Shown here: positions 52,255 through 64,000 of the stretch, in pieces
Layout: each line of letters opens with the position of its first letter
Position numbering within the stretch: the first letter of the stretch is position 1
Assembly (NCBI RefSeq): GCF_006345805.1
Contig: NC_043015.1
Coordinates: 33,728,001-33,792,000 of the forward strand
Source of the DNA: Octopus sinensis
Lineage: Eukaryota
Length of the DNA stretch: 64,000 nucleotides
Direction of reading: 5' to 3'
Program-made: the position numbers and the translations under genes
Notes under the pieces: generated by a model
The model's database searches: none
Told to the model about the DNA's origin: nothing
Seen by the model: only the letters and a program-made list of their open reading frames with translations

Positions 52255-53055
52255 GAGAATTAACCTGGATTTAATGGAGATCAACGGATGTATGCTTCAA
52301 CATTTGTAAAATCAGAAACAATGAGTGAAAAACCCCAGCGAAAATCCCAAAGGGGAAGGAAACGAATACAACAACGGAAGGATAACATTGAGAAAGAACT
52401 GAAGAGATTACATGGAGACTTATCTTTCCTGAGTGAAACAGAAAGAGGGACAAATGTTAAAAAGAGGAAGAAGAGGAAGAAGAAACAAGAGATAAGGCTT
52501 AACATCCGAAAGTTGAGTGATATATCATCAGCCAAAGAAATACTAACAGAAAAGATCCAAGCAATAGCATGGAGACTTAAGAGATATGAGAATAGAATTA
52601 ATTTCTTTAAACAGAAAATGGCTTCAGAGAGGATGCAAAGAAGCTCTGTGGAGATATGGGAGAAAAGGAAAATAGAAAGCAACCAACCACCTAAAAGTAA
52701 AGAAGTTGATTTCTGGAGCAAAATCTGAGAAAGTGACAAACACCGACAAAAGGAAGCAACCTGGATTCAAAAGCAGCCAAGCAAAATAAGAACATAGATA
52801 CCCAGGAATGGTCAAATATTGACACCACTGAGATCACAAATGCTATAAAAAGACCTGCAACAGGGCTTAATGGAATTGCAAATTTCTGGATAGAAAAAAA
52901 CCTGCCTAGTATCCACCAACACCTAACTAATGTATACAATCACATGAAAAAATATTATGATTATCTGCATTGGCTAACACAAGGCATAACTTAACTGTTT
53001 GCTAAGAAAGAGGCCACAAAGCCTCTCGGTATCACAGACCCATTACCTGCAGAGT
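52255..53055 (+). pseudogene. R4/Dong-like non-LTR retrotransposon ORF fragment (pre-RT region into RT domains 0/1)
   Basis: ORF 52288-52728 (EILTEKIQAIAWRLKRYENR...PPKSKEVDFWSKI*) continues EITNAIK...GLNGIANFWI...IHQHL...WLTQGIT*L...RPITC. This resembles the PGxDGIxNFWxK / WLTxGxTxL / YRPITC motifs. Confidence 0.82.
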
Positions 53056-53217
53056 AAAAGATATCAAAAATTGTCAAAGTGTCATACAACAGTTTTGCTA
53101 TGGAATGGTGAAACTATTTTTTCCTTTTCTGGAAATGCAACATTATGGACTTACAACACTTTTGCATAATAGCAACAATATATGTGTGTATATAAAGGTG
53201 CAGACCTTTATATATGT

Positions 53218-53434
53218 ACTCTTTTACTTGTTTCACTCATTTGACTGTAGCCATGCAGGAGCACTGCCTTTAGTCAAATTAATCTATCCCAGGACTTATT
53301 CTTAGTAAGCCTAGTACTTATTCTATTGGTATATTTTGCCAAACCGCTAAGTTACAGGGATGTAAACACACCAAATATCAGTTGTCAAGTGATGTGGGAC
53401 ACACACACACACACACACACATACACACACACAA

Positions 53435-53468
<34 letters not shown>

Positions 53469-54000
53469 GATAAGCTTAAATCAGATTCTGCTAACCTAAT
53501 CCACTCATGGGGTTTTGGTTGGCCCAAGGCTATAGTAGAAGACACTTGCCCAAGGTGCCATGCTGTGGGACTGAACTAGGAACCATGTGGTTGGTAAGCA
53601 AGCTTCTTACCACGCAACCACTACACACAGAGTTGATTGTGCGATAAGAAGCTTGCTTCCCAGCCACAGGGTTCTGGGTTTTGTCCCACTGTGTGGCACC
53701 TTGGGCAAGTGTCTTCTACTATAGCCTCGGGCCAACCAAAGCCTTGTGAATGGATTTGGTAGACAGAAACTGAAAGAAGCCCATTATGTTTGTCTTTGTA
53801 TCTGTGTTTATGTCCCAATCACCACTTGACAACCAGTGTTGGTCTGTTTATGTTCCTGTAACTTGACAGTTCAGCAAAAGAGATTGATGGAATAAGAACC
53901 AGGCTTTAAAAAAGAAGTCCTGGGGGTCGATTCATTCAACTGAAAATTCAAAGTAATGTCCCAGCATGGCCACAGTCCAATGACGGAAACAAGTCAAAGA
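53218..54000. mobile_element. head-to-head inverted pair of family A SINEs
   Basis: Minus copy 53218-53620 is immediately followed by plus copy 53630-54000. Confidence 0.85.
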
Positions 54001-54899
54001 TTTATATATACATACATACACACACATACATGTGTGTGTGTAAAGCTACTTATGTAACATTGTAGACAATACACACACTCACACACACACACTCACTCGC
54101 GTAAACAAGAGGAAGGAAAGAGAGAACTTAATATGGAATTTTTTCCCAGTCCTAAGGATTCTCTTTCTGGAGAAAAATCTAAACAAGTGGAAGTTGAAAC
54201 TTCACACATCGTTACTCAAGTTTCTTGTTGCTGATCAGCAGATAATTATATATATATGTATGTATGTATGTATTATATATATATAATTATGTATGTATGT
54301 ATGCGTGTATGTGTGTACGATGCACATATGCCTATACAGGCACATGAGAAGGAGAAAAATGAAACCTATTTCTGTGTACAAAAGGAAGTATACTGATGAC
54401 CTCATTTCACGAGATCATTAAAAATCCAATAATGTGTAGTAAGTAGTAGTAGCGGCAGTAGCAGCAGCAGCTGTTGTTGTTGCAGCTTCACTGGTCTTAT
54501 TAATCAGTGATGCACCTGTGTTAATGTCAGCTTACACCACACTAACTTTGTACCTGTTCTGCTAATATAATTATTGATAGCCTACAACATTGGTCATACC
54601 GTCAAACATTCTTTAGAACATAGGTCAACGGGAAATGTTTCACTAAACAACACTGCTGTCTTTTGCTCTTTCTGTTGTTTTTGTTATTTTTTTGTTATCT
54701 TTTTTTTCACAAATTAGTGAAGGGGAAGGAGTTAGAGACCATGACCTTTGTAGAGCCTCCTATACCTTTGCCATTCTTCTACATTTTGAAGACTGAAGGC
54801 ATTGATGTGGTGGTTGTTAAAACATCTGCATCAGAGAGAGTCAATGTTAAAATAATGGTGTCTCAGATAAATGTAATCTATAAACATTTTAAAAAAGGT

Positions 54900-55120
54900 T
54901 TAACCCTCTTGGCACCAACCTGCCTGAAAGCACACCTGCTTCTATGACACAAACTTTCCGTTCTTAAGTGGTCTAAATTAAAGCCTTCCACCAAAATTTC
55001 ATATTGATTTATTCCAAACACCAACTTAATGACAAAATTATTTTATTAAATTCTTCATTTTAAAAATTAATTGAAACGAGGTAATGTTTTTCAAAAGAAA
55101 TATGGTAACAAAGAGGTTAA
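54900..55120. mobile_element. piggyBac-like MITE, family 2, full-length
   Basis: TTAA|CCCTCTTGGCACCA ... TGGTAACAAAGAGG|TTAA. Confidence 0.85.
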
Positions 55121-56071
55121 GAAAATTATTATTCTGATATGCTAAAAATGTATCAAAAAGAGAAAACGAGGAATTGGAGTTGTAGAGGGATGCAACAATT
55201 ATTTATAAAGTGGACAATGATAGTGAAGTTCTGTGCTAAGGTGACCTGCTTTGAAAATAGTTAACGAGAAGGATTTGGTGGAAGTCATAGCAGAAAGTAT
55301 ATAAGCTACATGATTCAGTATTTCAAGCCAGTAAGGGGGCTTTCAAGAAAGTCGAATCATCACATACCACAAGTGAATGGGAGAGTTTTTGTTTATATTA
55401 TTCCAAGTACTGGACGACTGCAGTAGTGTTTAATCAATTACAAGAATTTATATCAAGGTCTCAAAATAACTCTCTCCCAACAACCTTGGGGTCCCAGGAA
55501 GAAGGTCCCCACCACTGTCTTTCTTATTAAGCCTCAAACAAAATTAAGAAACCTAAGTAGAAAATATTTGAATATGGGGTCCATTTTATTATTGTTATGA
55601 CCGAAGATGGGTTTTGTGTTAGAAACTAGGAACAAAAGTGGGAAGAAAATGGAGAAACTATGAGAGGCTATGGAAAATAGCTATGAAGATGAGTCTTAAG
55701 TTCTAAGAGGTTTTTAAGGGTCACTACGTATCTTTCTCTAGATATGATAACATTCCCTAGATGACCTGGTACCTGTTCCCCATAGTGAGATGAACTGAAG
55801 CAATGTAGAATAAAGTTTAGAAGCACAAATTACTTGCAGTGGATTTGAACTCATATCTTATGAATAGAACAGACAGTTTAGTATCTTATCCATTAAAGTA
55901 TTCCTCCTTCAGAAGAATACATAAAACGTTTGCTTTGAGATGAATAATGTTCCTGAGTAAAGGGAATACAGGGTTGTGGAATTGTTTCCCTGATACATTG
56001 TGGACTGTGCATTGAATGTATGTGTGTATATGTTTGTGTAGGAAGTGTGTGAAGGAAGAATCAGAACAAGG

Positions 56072-56286
56072 ATTTAAACCGGCCAAATCCGGCCCAAATA
56101 TTCTACCTGTTTTATATTCAAATTGGCCAAATCCAGCCTCTCACACCTACCCTACAATGACATTCTGAAAATAAACAGTTATATCCTCAGAATCTCAAAG
56201 CTATGAAATAAAGCAGTATTAATTCAAAACAAGGTGACTAAATAAGTATTATATTTGACAGATTAATCTGAATGCTAAAGGGTTAA
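56072..56286. mobile_element. family 1 MITE
   Basis: tttaaaccggccaaatccggcccaaatattctacctg...tctgaatgctaaagggttaa. Confidence 0.85.
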
Positions 56287-58357
56287 AGTGAACATTAATA
56301 AAACTTTAATACTGACACCACCTAGCAGACTGTTGATGGATCTGATTATGAACTCTGGAGGGGAAAATGCAATGCTGGGCGTGACTTCTTTGGCGGTAAT
56401 CATGAAGAGAAAGGGTATACGTTGACAAAAGGAAGCCGGTTAACCATAAGGACTCTTAGACCCCAACTGTGCATCATTCTCTTGACATTATTGCCAAGAT
56501 TCTTTTAGGTGAAAAATAGGCTCACAATGCGACCTGAGAACATAGAAATTGAATGGAGTCGTACTTTCATCACTGAAGAATGCCCATGATGATGATGATG
56601 ATGCATGTGGAGAGAAAGTGGAAAGATGTGCGTTTTGGGGTAGTGTGTGTACTCATGCATGCACACATACACGTGTGTGTGTGTGTGTGTGTGTGTGAAA
56701 AATGAGGGTGCAAGAGAGATGATATTTGTAATTCAACTTGCAAAAGTACAGAAGTGATAGCTTAAAAATATTGCAAATGAAGTTGGAATTTGAATTTAAA
56801 TAATATGCCTTGTAAGGAATGGTCTCAGTCAGGATCAGGAACTAATCGCAAGTCTACAAGAACTTGTGAAAGTGGATCCATTAGGAAAAACAAGGAATTT
56901 CAGATTTTACAAATTCACATCAAATTACAGTTTTGGCCTAAAGGCTTAAATGGCATTTATATGTTGGATTCTGGAGATGATTTGGAAGATTTTAAACTTG
57001 TCTTACACTGAGGCAAAAAAAAAAAAGCAGATGTCATTATTCCTAAATCGGAATGGGATTTAAAAGCATTTGGAAAAATTTGTTTTCAGAACTTGGGCTG
57101 TTATTTTTAGCATGTCATGTGACTACATCAAGGTCTTCCTTGTGCTGCCTGCTGCTTTGACTAGCATCCATGCATGCAAAAATGAGCAGTTGAGTTTAAA
57201 AACGTCTGGAATGTTTGATATAGGGAGTGAGGTGGATATCCTGAAGATCAAGAAGTGAAGTGGCAAATTTTTAAAAACTTGATATTTAAAATAAATTTTT
57301 TTTTTCACAATTATAATCACTGTATTTTCTCATGTAGAATTTGCATAACATTTTGAAAAAAATTGAAAAACAAAACATTATTGGCAGTAAGGGGATGGAG
57401 GGTGCAATTTTGAAAGGTTATTTTGGGGACAAAATTATAATTACCCTTATTAGAAATATAGGATTCCAAACAAATTTTTGGAAAAATTAAACAAAAAGGG
57501 GGAGTATGTATTGAACATGTACCTTGTTCAGATCTCATTGCTTCTATCTACATTATGAGTATGATCACATGTCATACATAACAGACAAACAAACAAACAC
57601 AACTATATCAAATAACAAGCAACATAAATTGTTGATTCATTAAAATTATCTCTGCTTCCTGACGATGTGTCACAATTTCAAAATAGCAAACGAGACCAGC
57701 TCCATATGAAAATGGAAGACAATCTGAAGAATCAAGAATTCTCCAAAGCTGACATGTTATTTATGAAAAAAAAAGAAACAAGCTCTACTGTTTATTGTCT
57801 AGAGACAAGGGAACAGTCATGGAAATGTATTTCTGCTTCAATAGCATCATCATCATGACAATGTCCAAACCTATCTGCAGCAGGGACATACATGTCCAAT
57901 GCGAGGAAATGAGCTTCTCTTATAGAGATGTAAAACATCCAATTTTCACTGGTTAAAAGGAAAATGGAGGGTTCAAATGAACATTATGTTAATTTATTAA
58001 CATAATATTATATTATTATAAAAATATTAAAATAAATATAAAAACAATCCTTACAATTTTTTTGATTCAAACTCAAAACCCAACAACAAATGTATAAAAT
58101 TCATATTATGGAAATATTTGGGGGTAAGAACATCATGAGGGTAACGGACAAAAATCACAAACGAGAAGTTTAAAATTGCAAAACAGACTGAATCAATCTG
58201 TTTACATTTGTAAGTGTGAGTGTCCATAATTTAATTGAAAAAACAATAATGAATAAAATAAAATAGACTAATATAACAGTTATAAAATGTGTGTGTATAT
58301 TGAAGAATATTAATTTTAATATATTTTTGTGCATCAGTTTTTTTTTTAAACAGAAAT

Positions 58358-58898
58358 AATTTGTTATTAATCTATGGTAAAACAGTAAATATTGACTTTC
58401 AGTTCTATACTACTAAGAAAATTACAACATACACAAAAAACATTTTCTAAGAAAAATATCTTTCATCTCAACCAACACTAAATAATATTATAATTTTATA
58501 AATTATACTATAGTCATTATCTATTATCCAAAGTAATGTGTACGTTAAGAATTCAATCAAAAGTTACTTAGTTTTCATAAAAGGAAATACACTCAGGTAA
58601 GCACATTATGTGCAAGTATCAATACGTTGGAAAGAAACAGAAGAACCGCAAACAAATAAAATGTTTAATAAATTTATATTATAATATGTGTTTGCAGTTC
58701 TTCTTTTTCTTTCAAATGTATTAATACTTACACGTGTTCACATGAGTTTATTTCCTTGACTATAGTATAATTCATAAAATTAATTATAATATTAATGTTG
58801 GTGTGGTTGAGATAAAGGATATTTTTTCTTATAAAAATTTTCTTTTTTTTCTATAGGACTGAAAGTTTTACTGTTTTACAAAAGATTACTAACGAATT
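58358..58898. repeat. long imperfect inverted repeat (foldback)
   Basis: Blocks in the left arm pair with reverse complements in the right arm, e.g. ctttcagttctata/tataggactgaaag, attatactatagtca/tgactatagtataat, gaagaaccgcaaaca/tgtttgcagttcttc. Loop at about 58656-58688. Confidence 0.85.
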
Positions 58899-58899
58899 C

Positions 58900-59752
58900 A
58901 ATTGCAGCGTGGAAGGTGTTTATAAGCCATTTAAGAAACACACAAAAACCGTTAGATTCAATTCAACATTTAAATCTAATTTGCCAAAATATTTTCATCG
59001 CTTTCAGAATGCAACCTGTTCATCTAACCCTCCTCCTCTCCTCTCACACCTATTTCCTCCTACACACCTCTCTTGCTCCGACTCCTACATCTCTTCACTC
59101 CTACTTTCCTTCTCTTCTCTTCACTTCTACCCACCTTTTTCCTTCCCCTCTCCCTTCATAGTCACCCCTCCCTCGTAACACCACCCCTACACAATCCAAC
59201 ACCATCTTCCCTATCCATCCCATTCCACCCCCACTCCCACATACCCTACCTCTACGCCCACTCTCAGCCTAACATATACCCCACCCTTACTTTCCCCACT
59301 CTCGCCTCCCCAACATCTCAACACCACCACACCACGCCACGCACCACATCACATCACACCACCATTCACATACTAGCACTGACAACTTCCCAGCCCCAAA
59401 CCATCATCCACACACCTACACATGCACACACGCACACGTCAAGGTCACCAGCCCTCTTCCACATGCACATACACGCTCTCTTATACACAAGCATGCGCAC
59501 CTTTGCTTTCGGATCACCACTACTTTATTATCTCCACTTCTTCCAAGCTCTCCTGTGTGACCACTCTGTCGGCATTCTCCATGATAGATTGCTAGCCACG
59601 ACACATTCTTTATTTTCTCTCCTTGTTTCTTTGTGTTCCTTTCTGTGGAAGAGTGTTGGCTCGAAACGTTAAGGACTTTTTCACTTCCCAAGATGTATTT
59701 TTCACTAATACATCTGTTTACACCACCTGTCTTCGTCTTTTGTGAATTCCCC
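58900..59752. mobile_element. Penelope-like terminal-repeat remnants
   Basis: A C/A-rich low-complexity tract ends in the hammerhead-like motif ctgtggaagagtgttggctcgaaacgttaagga (59643-59675). A partial opposite-strand motif lies at about 58981-59022. Confidence 0.55.
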
Positions 59753-59924
59753 CTATATATATATATATATATAAATAGTTATCGTCAAGCTAACATGGCA
59801 GTCCAGGAAAATAGGACGAATGCTGCCGTTGATTAGCTCCAAGAGGTTATCGCCTCTAGCTAGCTATGTGACATACAAACCTGGGTCCGTTATAACCTTC
59901 GAATAAGGGAGGTCACCAGATGTT

Positions 59925-60134
59925 CCTTGCTGATTCAATATCCACAGACTAGTTTTGGACTACTTGCCCCTTACCAATGTGGCGTAAGTGAACCCAGCAG
60001 GCATTGCTGCCGACCGTCGGTTCAAAGGTTTATATATAAAGGAAATAAACCTTCAAACAAATGGTCAGCTAGGTTCGGCTACTCCACATTGATAAGGGGC
60101 AAATAGCCTGAAACTAGTTGGTGAATCAGTAAGG
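59925..60134. repeat. ~210-bp hairpin with two opposite-polarity degenerate hammerhead motifs
   Basis: Paired arms ccttgctgattca/tgaatcagtaagg and actagttttggactacttgccccttaccaatgtgg/ccacattgataaggggcaaatagcctgaaactagt. Inner stem aaggtttat/ataaacctt. Confidence 0.8.
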
Positions 60135-60148
60135 GGAAGCTGCTGACC

Positions 60149-60186
<38 letters not shown>

Positions 60187-60375
60187 TATATAACTATTAA
60201 TATCCATATACACACACACACATATATATATATACATACATACACATATATATAAATACATACATACATACATACACATATATATAAATACATACATACA
60301 TACATACACAATATATATATACATACATACATACATATATACATACATACATATACATACATACACATATATATA

Positions 60376-60411
<36 letters not shown>

Positions 60412-60420
60412 CATACATAC

Positions 60421-60468
<48 letters not shown>

Positions 60469-60955
60469 ACATATATATACATACATACATATATATATAT
60501 ACATACATATATATATATACATACATACATATACATACATACATACATATATATACATACATACATATATATATATACATACATACATACATATATATAC
60601 ATACATACATACATATATATACATACATACATACATACATATATATACATACATACACATACATACATATATATACATACATACATACATATATATACAT
60701 ACATACATACATATATATACATACATACATACATATATATACATACATACATATATATACATTCATACATACACATATATACATACATACACATATATAC
60801 ATACATACATATACATACATACACATATATATACATACATACATACACATATACATATACATATATATATACATATACATTATATATATACATATATATA
60901 TACATTATATATACAGATATATATATATATATATACATATACATTATATATACAT
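60149..60955. repeat. ~800-bp compound (TA)n/(TACA)n microsatellite
   Basis: Directly visible; source of the spurious 204-272 aa ORFs. Confidence 0.97.
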
Positions 60956-61068
60956 ACTAGGCTTACAAAGTACAAGTCTTGGGATCGATTTCATTGACTA
61001 AAACCCTTTAAGGTGGAGCTCCAGCATGGCAGCAATCAAATGACTGAAACAAGTAAAAGAATAAAAGA
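60956..61068 (+). mobile_element. family A SINE 3' fragment
   Basis: actaggcttacaaag...ggtggagctccagcatggcagcaatcaaatgactgaaacaagtaaaaga. Confidence 0.8.
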
Positions 61069-62159
61069 AGACACTAAATTTGAAAACCAAATATGGGACG
61101 ACCACAGCCAAGACAGAGCCTGGTGTTAAACAATAACAACTCTAAAGGAGAAAATCACATGACTGACATGACAGACCAGAGAGAGAAAGGACAATCCCTT
61201 TGTAGGCATAGAGGACCATTTTGTGAATTTGACAATGATTTCACTACTAGAATGCAGGTTGCAAGATGGTTTAAGCCTTAGAGAAGGACGAAGAACAGGG
61301 AATCGGCATGTCACTTTCGATGCAACAGAGTTTAATCAAAAAGCCAACCTAGAAAATTGAAGTAAAATCCATTGAAGAATGTTAATGAAGACGGTCATTA
61401 GGATAATTATAATATAGGTGGTGCATATCTTAACAATTACAAATGTTCACTTGATATGATTCAACAAATAAATTGCTTGGAATGGCAAAACAAAAAGAAG
61501 AAAAAACAGTAACAGAAATATATAAAATTTACAAATGAAATATTATTTTCTGGCAACTCTAAATGAAGTAAATTGATAACAACATGAAGAATCTTTCAAT
61601 GAAATCTTAAAAGATAAGCTAAGAGGTTTCTAATGTAATTTCTTACAAGAGACTAAATGTAGACATCAAGAGAATTTATGGAAATAATTAATGTTAACAA
61701 GAGGTACTAAATTAGGAACAGGAGATGCAAAATTGAAGAGAGATATGAACATATTTTAATTTCTATATTAAAACTTCTGATATTTACTGGAATCCCAAGA
61801 AAAGAGCAGCAGCAGCAGACAGTCTAATTAAATTATACTAATTATTTAAAATGAAATCACATCTACTACAGAAAGATCAAAGATTTCTACTAAACAGATC
61901 AGGTTGTTGTTGAGTGGTTCTAGTCAGCTCATGGCAAGGTAGGCCACAGCTCTTATATCCGAAATACATCACAGACTGTTTTGGGATTGTGCCGCATACC
62001 ATGTAGTGTGTAACTACATGGCAGTTATGACATGTGGTTCTCTATCTGTGCTCAGTGGAGTGTGGGAATTATGACAAACAATGAATAGTTAATCCTTTGA
62101 GGTGGAGTGTGGTAATTATAACATGATCATCAACATCATCATTTATCTTTGGACATGAT

Positions 62160-62410
62160 CTGGCTTGAGTTCTAGGGCTCATTGATGCCAATTACCCTAT
62201 TTCCATGGTGCATAAGTGACTGAGATCTCAACAATACCCATGAATAGAACGCAAGTCCGTTGTAAGGTCATTCATTTACAGCTGAGTGGATTGGAGTAAC
62301 ATGAAATGAAGTGTCTTGCTCAAGAAGACAATGTACCATCCAGTTTGGAAATTGAAACCATGAACTTGCAATTGTGAGTGTAACACCCTAACCACTAGGC
62401 CACACACCTT
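62160..62410 (-). mobile_element. family C SINE
   Basis: catttacagctgagtggattggagtaacatgaaatgaagtgtcttgctcaagaa...caccctaaccactaggccac. Confidence 0.75.
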
Positions 62411-63180
62411 CATATTATGACATACAGTCATTATATAACCATGTAAGGTGGGATGTGGAAGTTATAACATGTAGAGACAATTTAACCATGTGGGATGAAA
62501 TGTCATAACTATCTTTGCAATCCAAACCACATCATTATCATCCAACATCCATTTCCCATGCTGGATGGTTTGACCGGAGTTAATAAGACCAGGGGTCACA
62601 CCAGGCACCATTGTGTGTTCTGGCATAGTTTCGATGGCTGGACATGCCCTTCCTAAAACACCAACCATTCCACAAAGTTTATTGGATGCTTTTAGATGTA
62701 ACACCAGCACAAGTGCCATTTATGTGACACTAGCACCAGGATAGTAAAACTATAATGTAGCGGTTGTAACTACCACAAAATAAACTCAGCAATGTCATAT
62801 CTTACTGTAGTAACAGTATTTTATTAGTATTACTAAGTGGTAGTATAGTGGTATTGATGTATTACGGTGGTATCAAGATGACTAATGTGATCTTATATAC
62901 TTCTGTATTACTGAAGATTGTGATGTAATCTGGTGGTCTTATGGCATGCAGTGTTTTGCAGAGTCAGTGTTAGTGTCATGGAGTTAGCATTAAAGTGTTG
63001 CGGTGTCCGTGTGGTGTTGTTGTTTTGTAATAGTAGTGATGTGTCGTGTCAACGTGTCGTGTAATGTTATTTTACATTCTTCATAACTGAAGACAGTAGA
63101 GGAGGTGGTGGTGCTGGCAGCATACACCAGAGGAATAGTCAAAGTTTGTGTGAGAATGAGTGTGCATGTGAAAGAGAGAG

Positions 63181-63244
<64 letters not shown>

Positions 63245-63370
63245 CGTGTGTGTCTGATCAGAAAAGAAAGATATTGTTTGAATGTGAAATTAGCAGACAA
63301 CTATTCATTCTATTTCTTTGAGAAATTCTACTATAGACATCGACCACTGAAGTGATGACGACACACTTAC

Positions 63371-63713
63371 CATTTCTACAGAGTGCTATCAGCATGATAG
63401 AACAATACCATTGATTGACTTATTCTTGCAGAGTTACCTGATGATGGGAAATTTAATGAGAAAACCAGAGTTAACGATATTAAATCATTTGGCAACATCG
63501 ATACTGTGGAACCAGTGAAATATTGAATGTGTCTGGAACAAGAGAAGACAGTATATTTCTCTCTCATTAGAAATGATAACAACAACGTTTGACTAGACTG
63601 AAACTGGAAATAATGATCTCTTACAATAAGGAGAGATGAATATAAGAGAAAACAGGTCTGACATGAAAAGCAGGATTCAGCCAACCCTCACGGTGCCGGT
63701 AGATGATTCCTCT
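63371..63713 (-). other. candidate 5'-UTR exon ending in an ATG
   Basis: Acceptor gtttcttacctcttag| precedes 63713. The exon ends ...tgtagaaATG|GTAAGT, a consensus donor. An in-frame TAG lies five codons upstream of the ATG. Confidence 0.4.
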
Positions 63714-64000
63714 CTAAGAGGTAAGAAACATTACAATTAAAGAGGATGAAAGATGAGCAGCAAAGTATTACAAATGTTGGACATGAAACCAAACCCCGTG
63801 ACTAGAATTGGGATCCTGGCTACAAGGAGAGAAAAAAAAACAACAAAAAAAGAATAGATTCCAGGTCATTGCACTTTACAAGAATTCAAGAAAAATGTGT
63901 TCTCACTGAATAACAACTCTGTTATAAATCTCTGTGTGCACATGTGTGTGTGTTACAAGTAGATCTATCAAAAGTGTGTGTTTCACTCAAGGCCACCATG

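Noticed and set aside
59073-59672. 199-aa His/Pro/Thr-rich ORF
   Set aside because: Low-complexity C/A-rich repeat sequence.
60126-60944. Longest ORFs in the track (204-272 aa, Y/M/V/C/I-rich)
   Set aside because: They are translations of a (TA)/(TACA) microsatellite.
63431-63720. Possible plus-strand exon (ttcttgcag|...aagag|gtaaga)
   Set aside because: The best frame stops after ~31 codons and I found no partner plus-strand exons. The minus-strand reading is slightly better supported, but both are unproven.

Overview
AT-rich, repeat-dense eukaryotic non-coding DNA. The SINE families and microsatellite load match what I recall for octopus (cephalopod) genomes, but this is recognition, not a database result. 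I see no intact protein-coding gene; nearly all listed ORFs are microsatellite or repeat artefacts. The window holds several tRNA-type SINE families, two TTAA-flanked piggyBac-like MITE families, and a young non-autonomous Helitron (6724-7207). It also holds two decayed hAT (Charlie/Buster-type) transposase remnants, RTE and R4/Dong-like LINE fragments, Penelope-like terminal repeats, and a stray 28S rRNA fragment. Four signals stand out: (1) an apparently intact minus-strand type I hammerhead ribozyme at 16745-16842; (2) a ~210-bp hairpin carrying two opposite-polarity degenerate hammerheads at 59925-60134; (3) a ~540-bp imperfect palindrome at 58358-58898; (4) a speculative phase-compatible minus-strand exon chain, including two microexons, spanning ~62 kb. 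Repeat boundaries were read by eye and are approximate unless stated.
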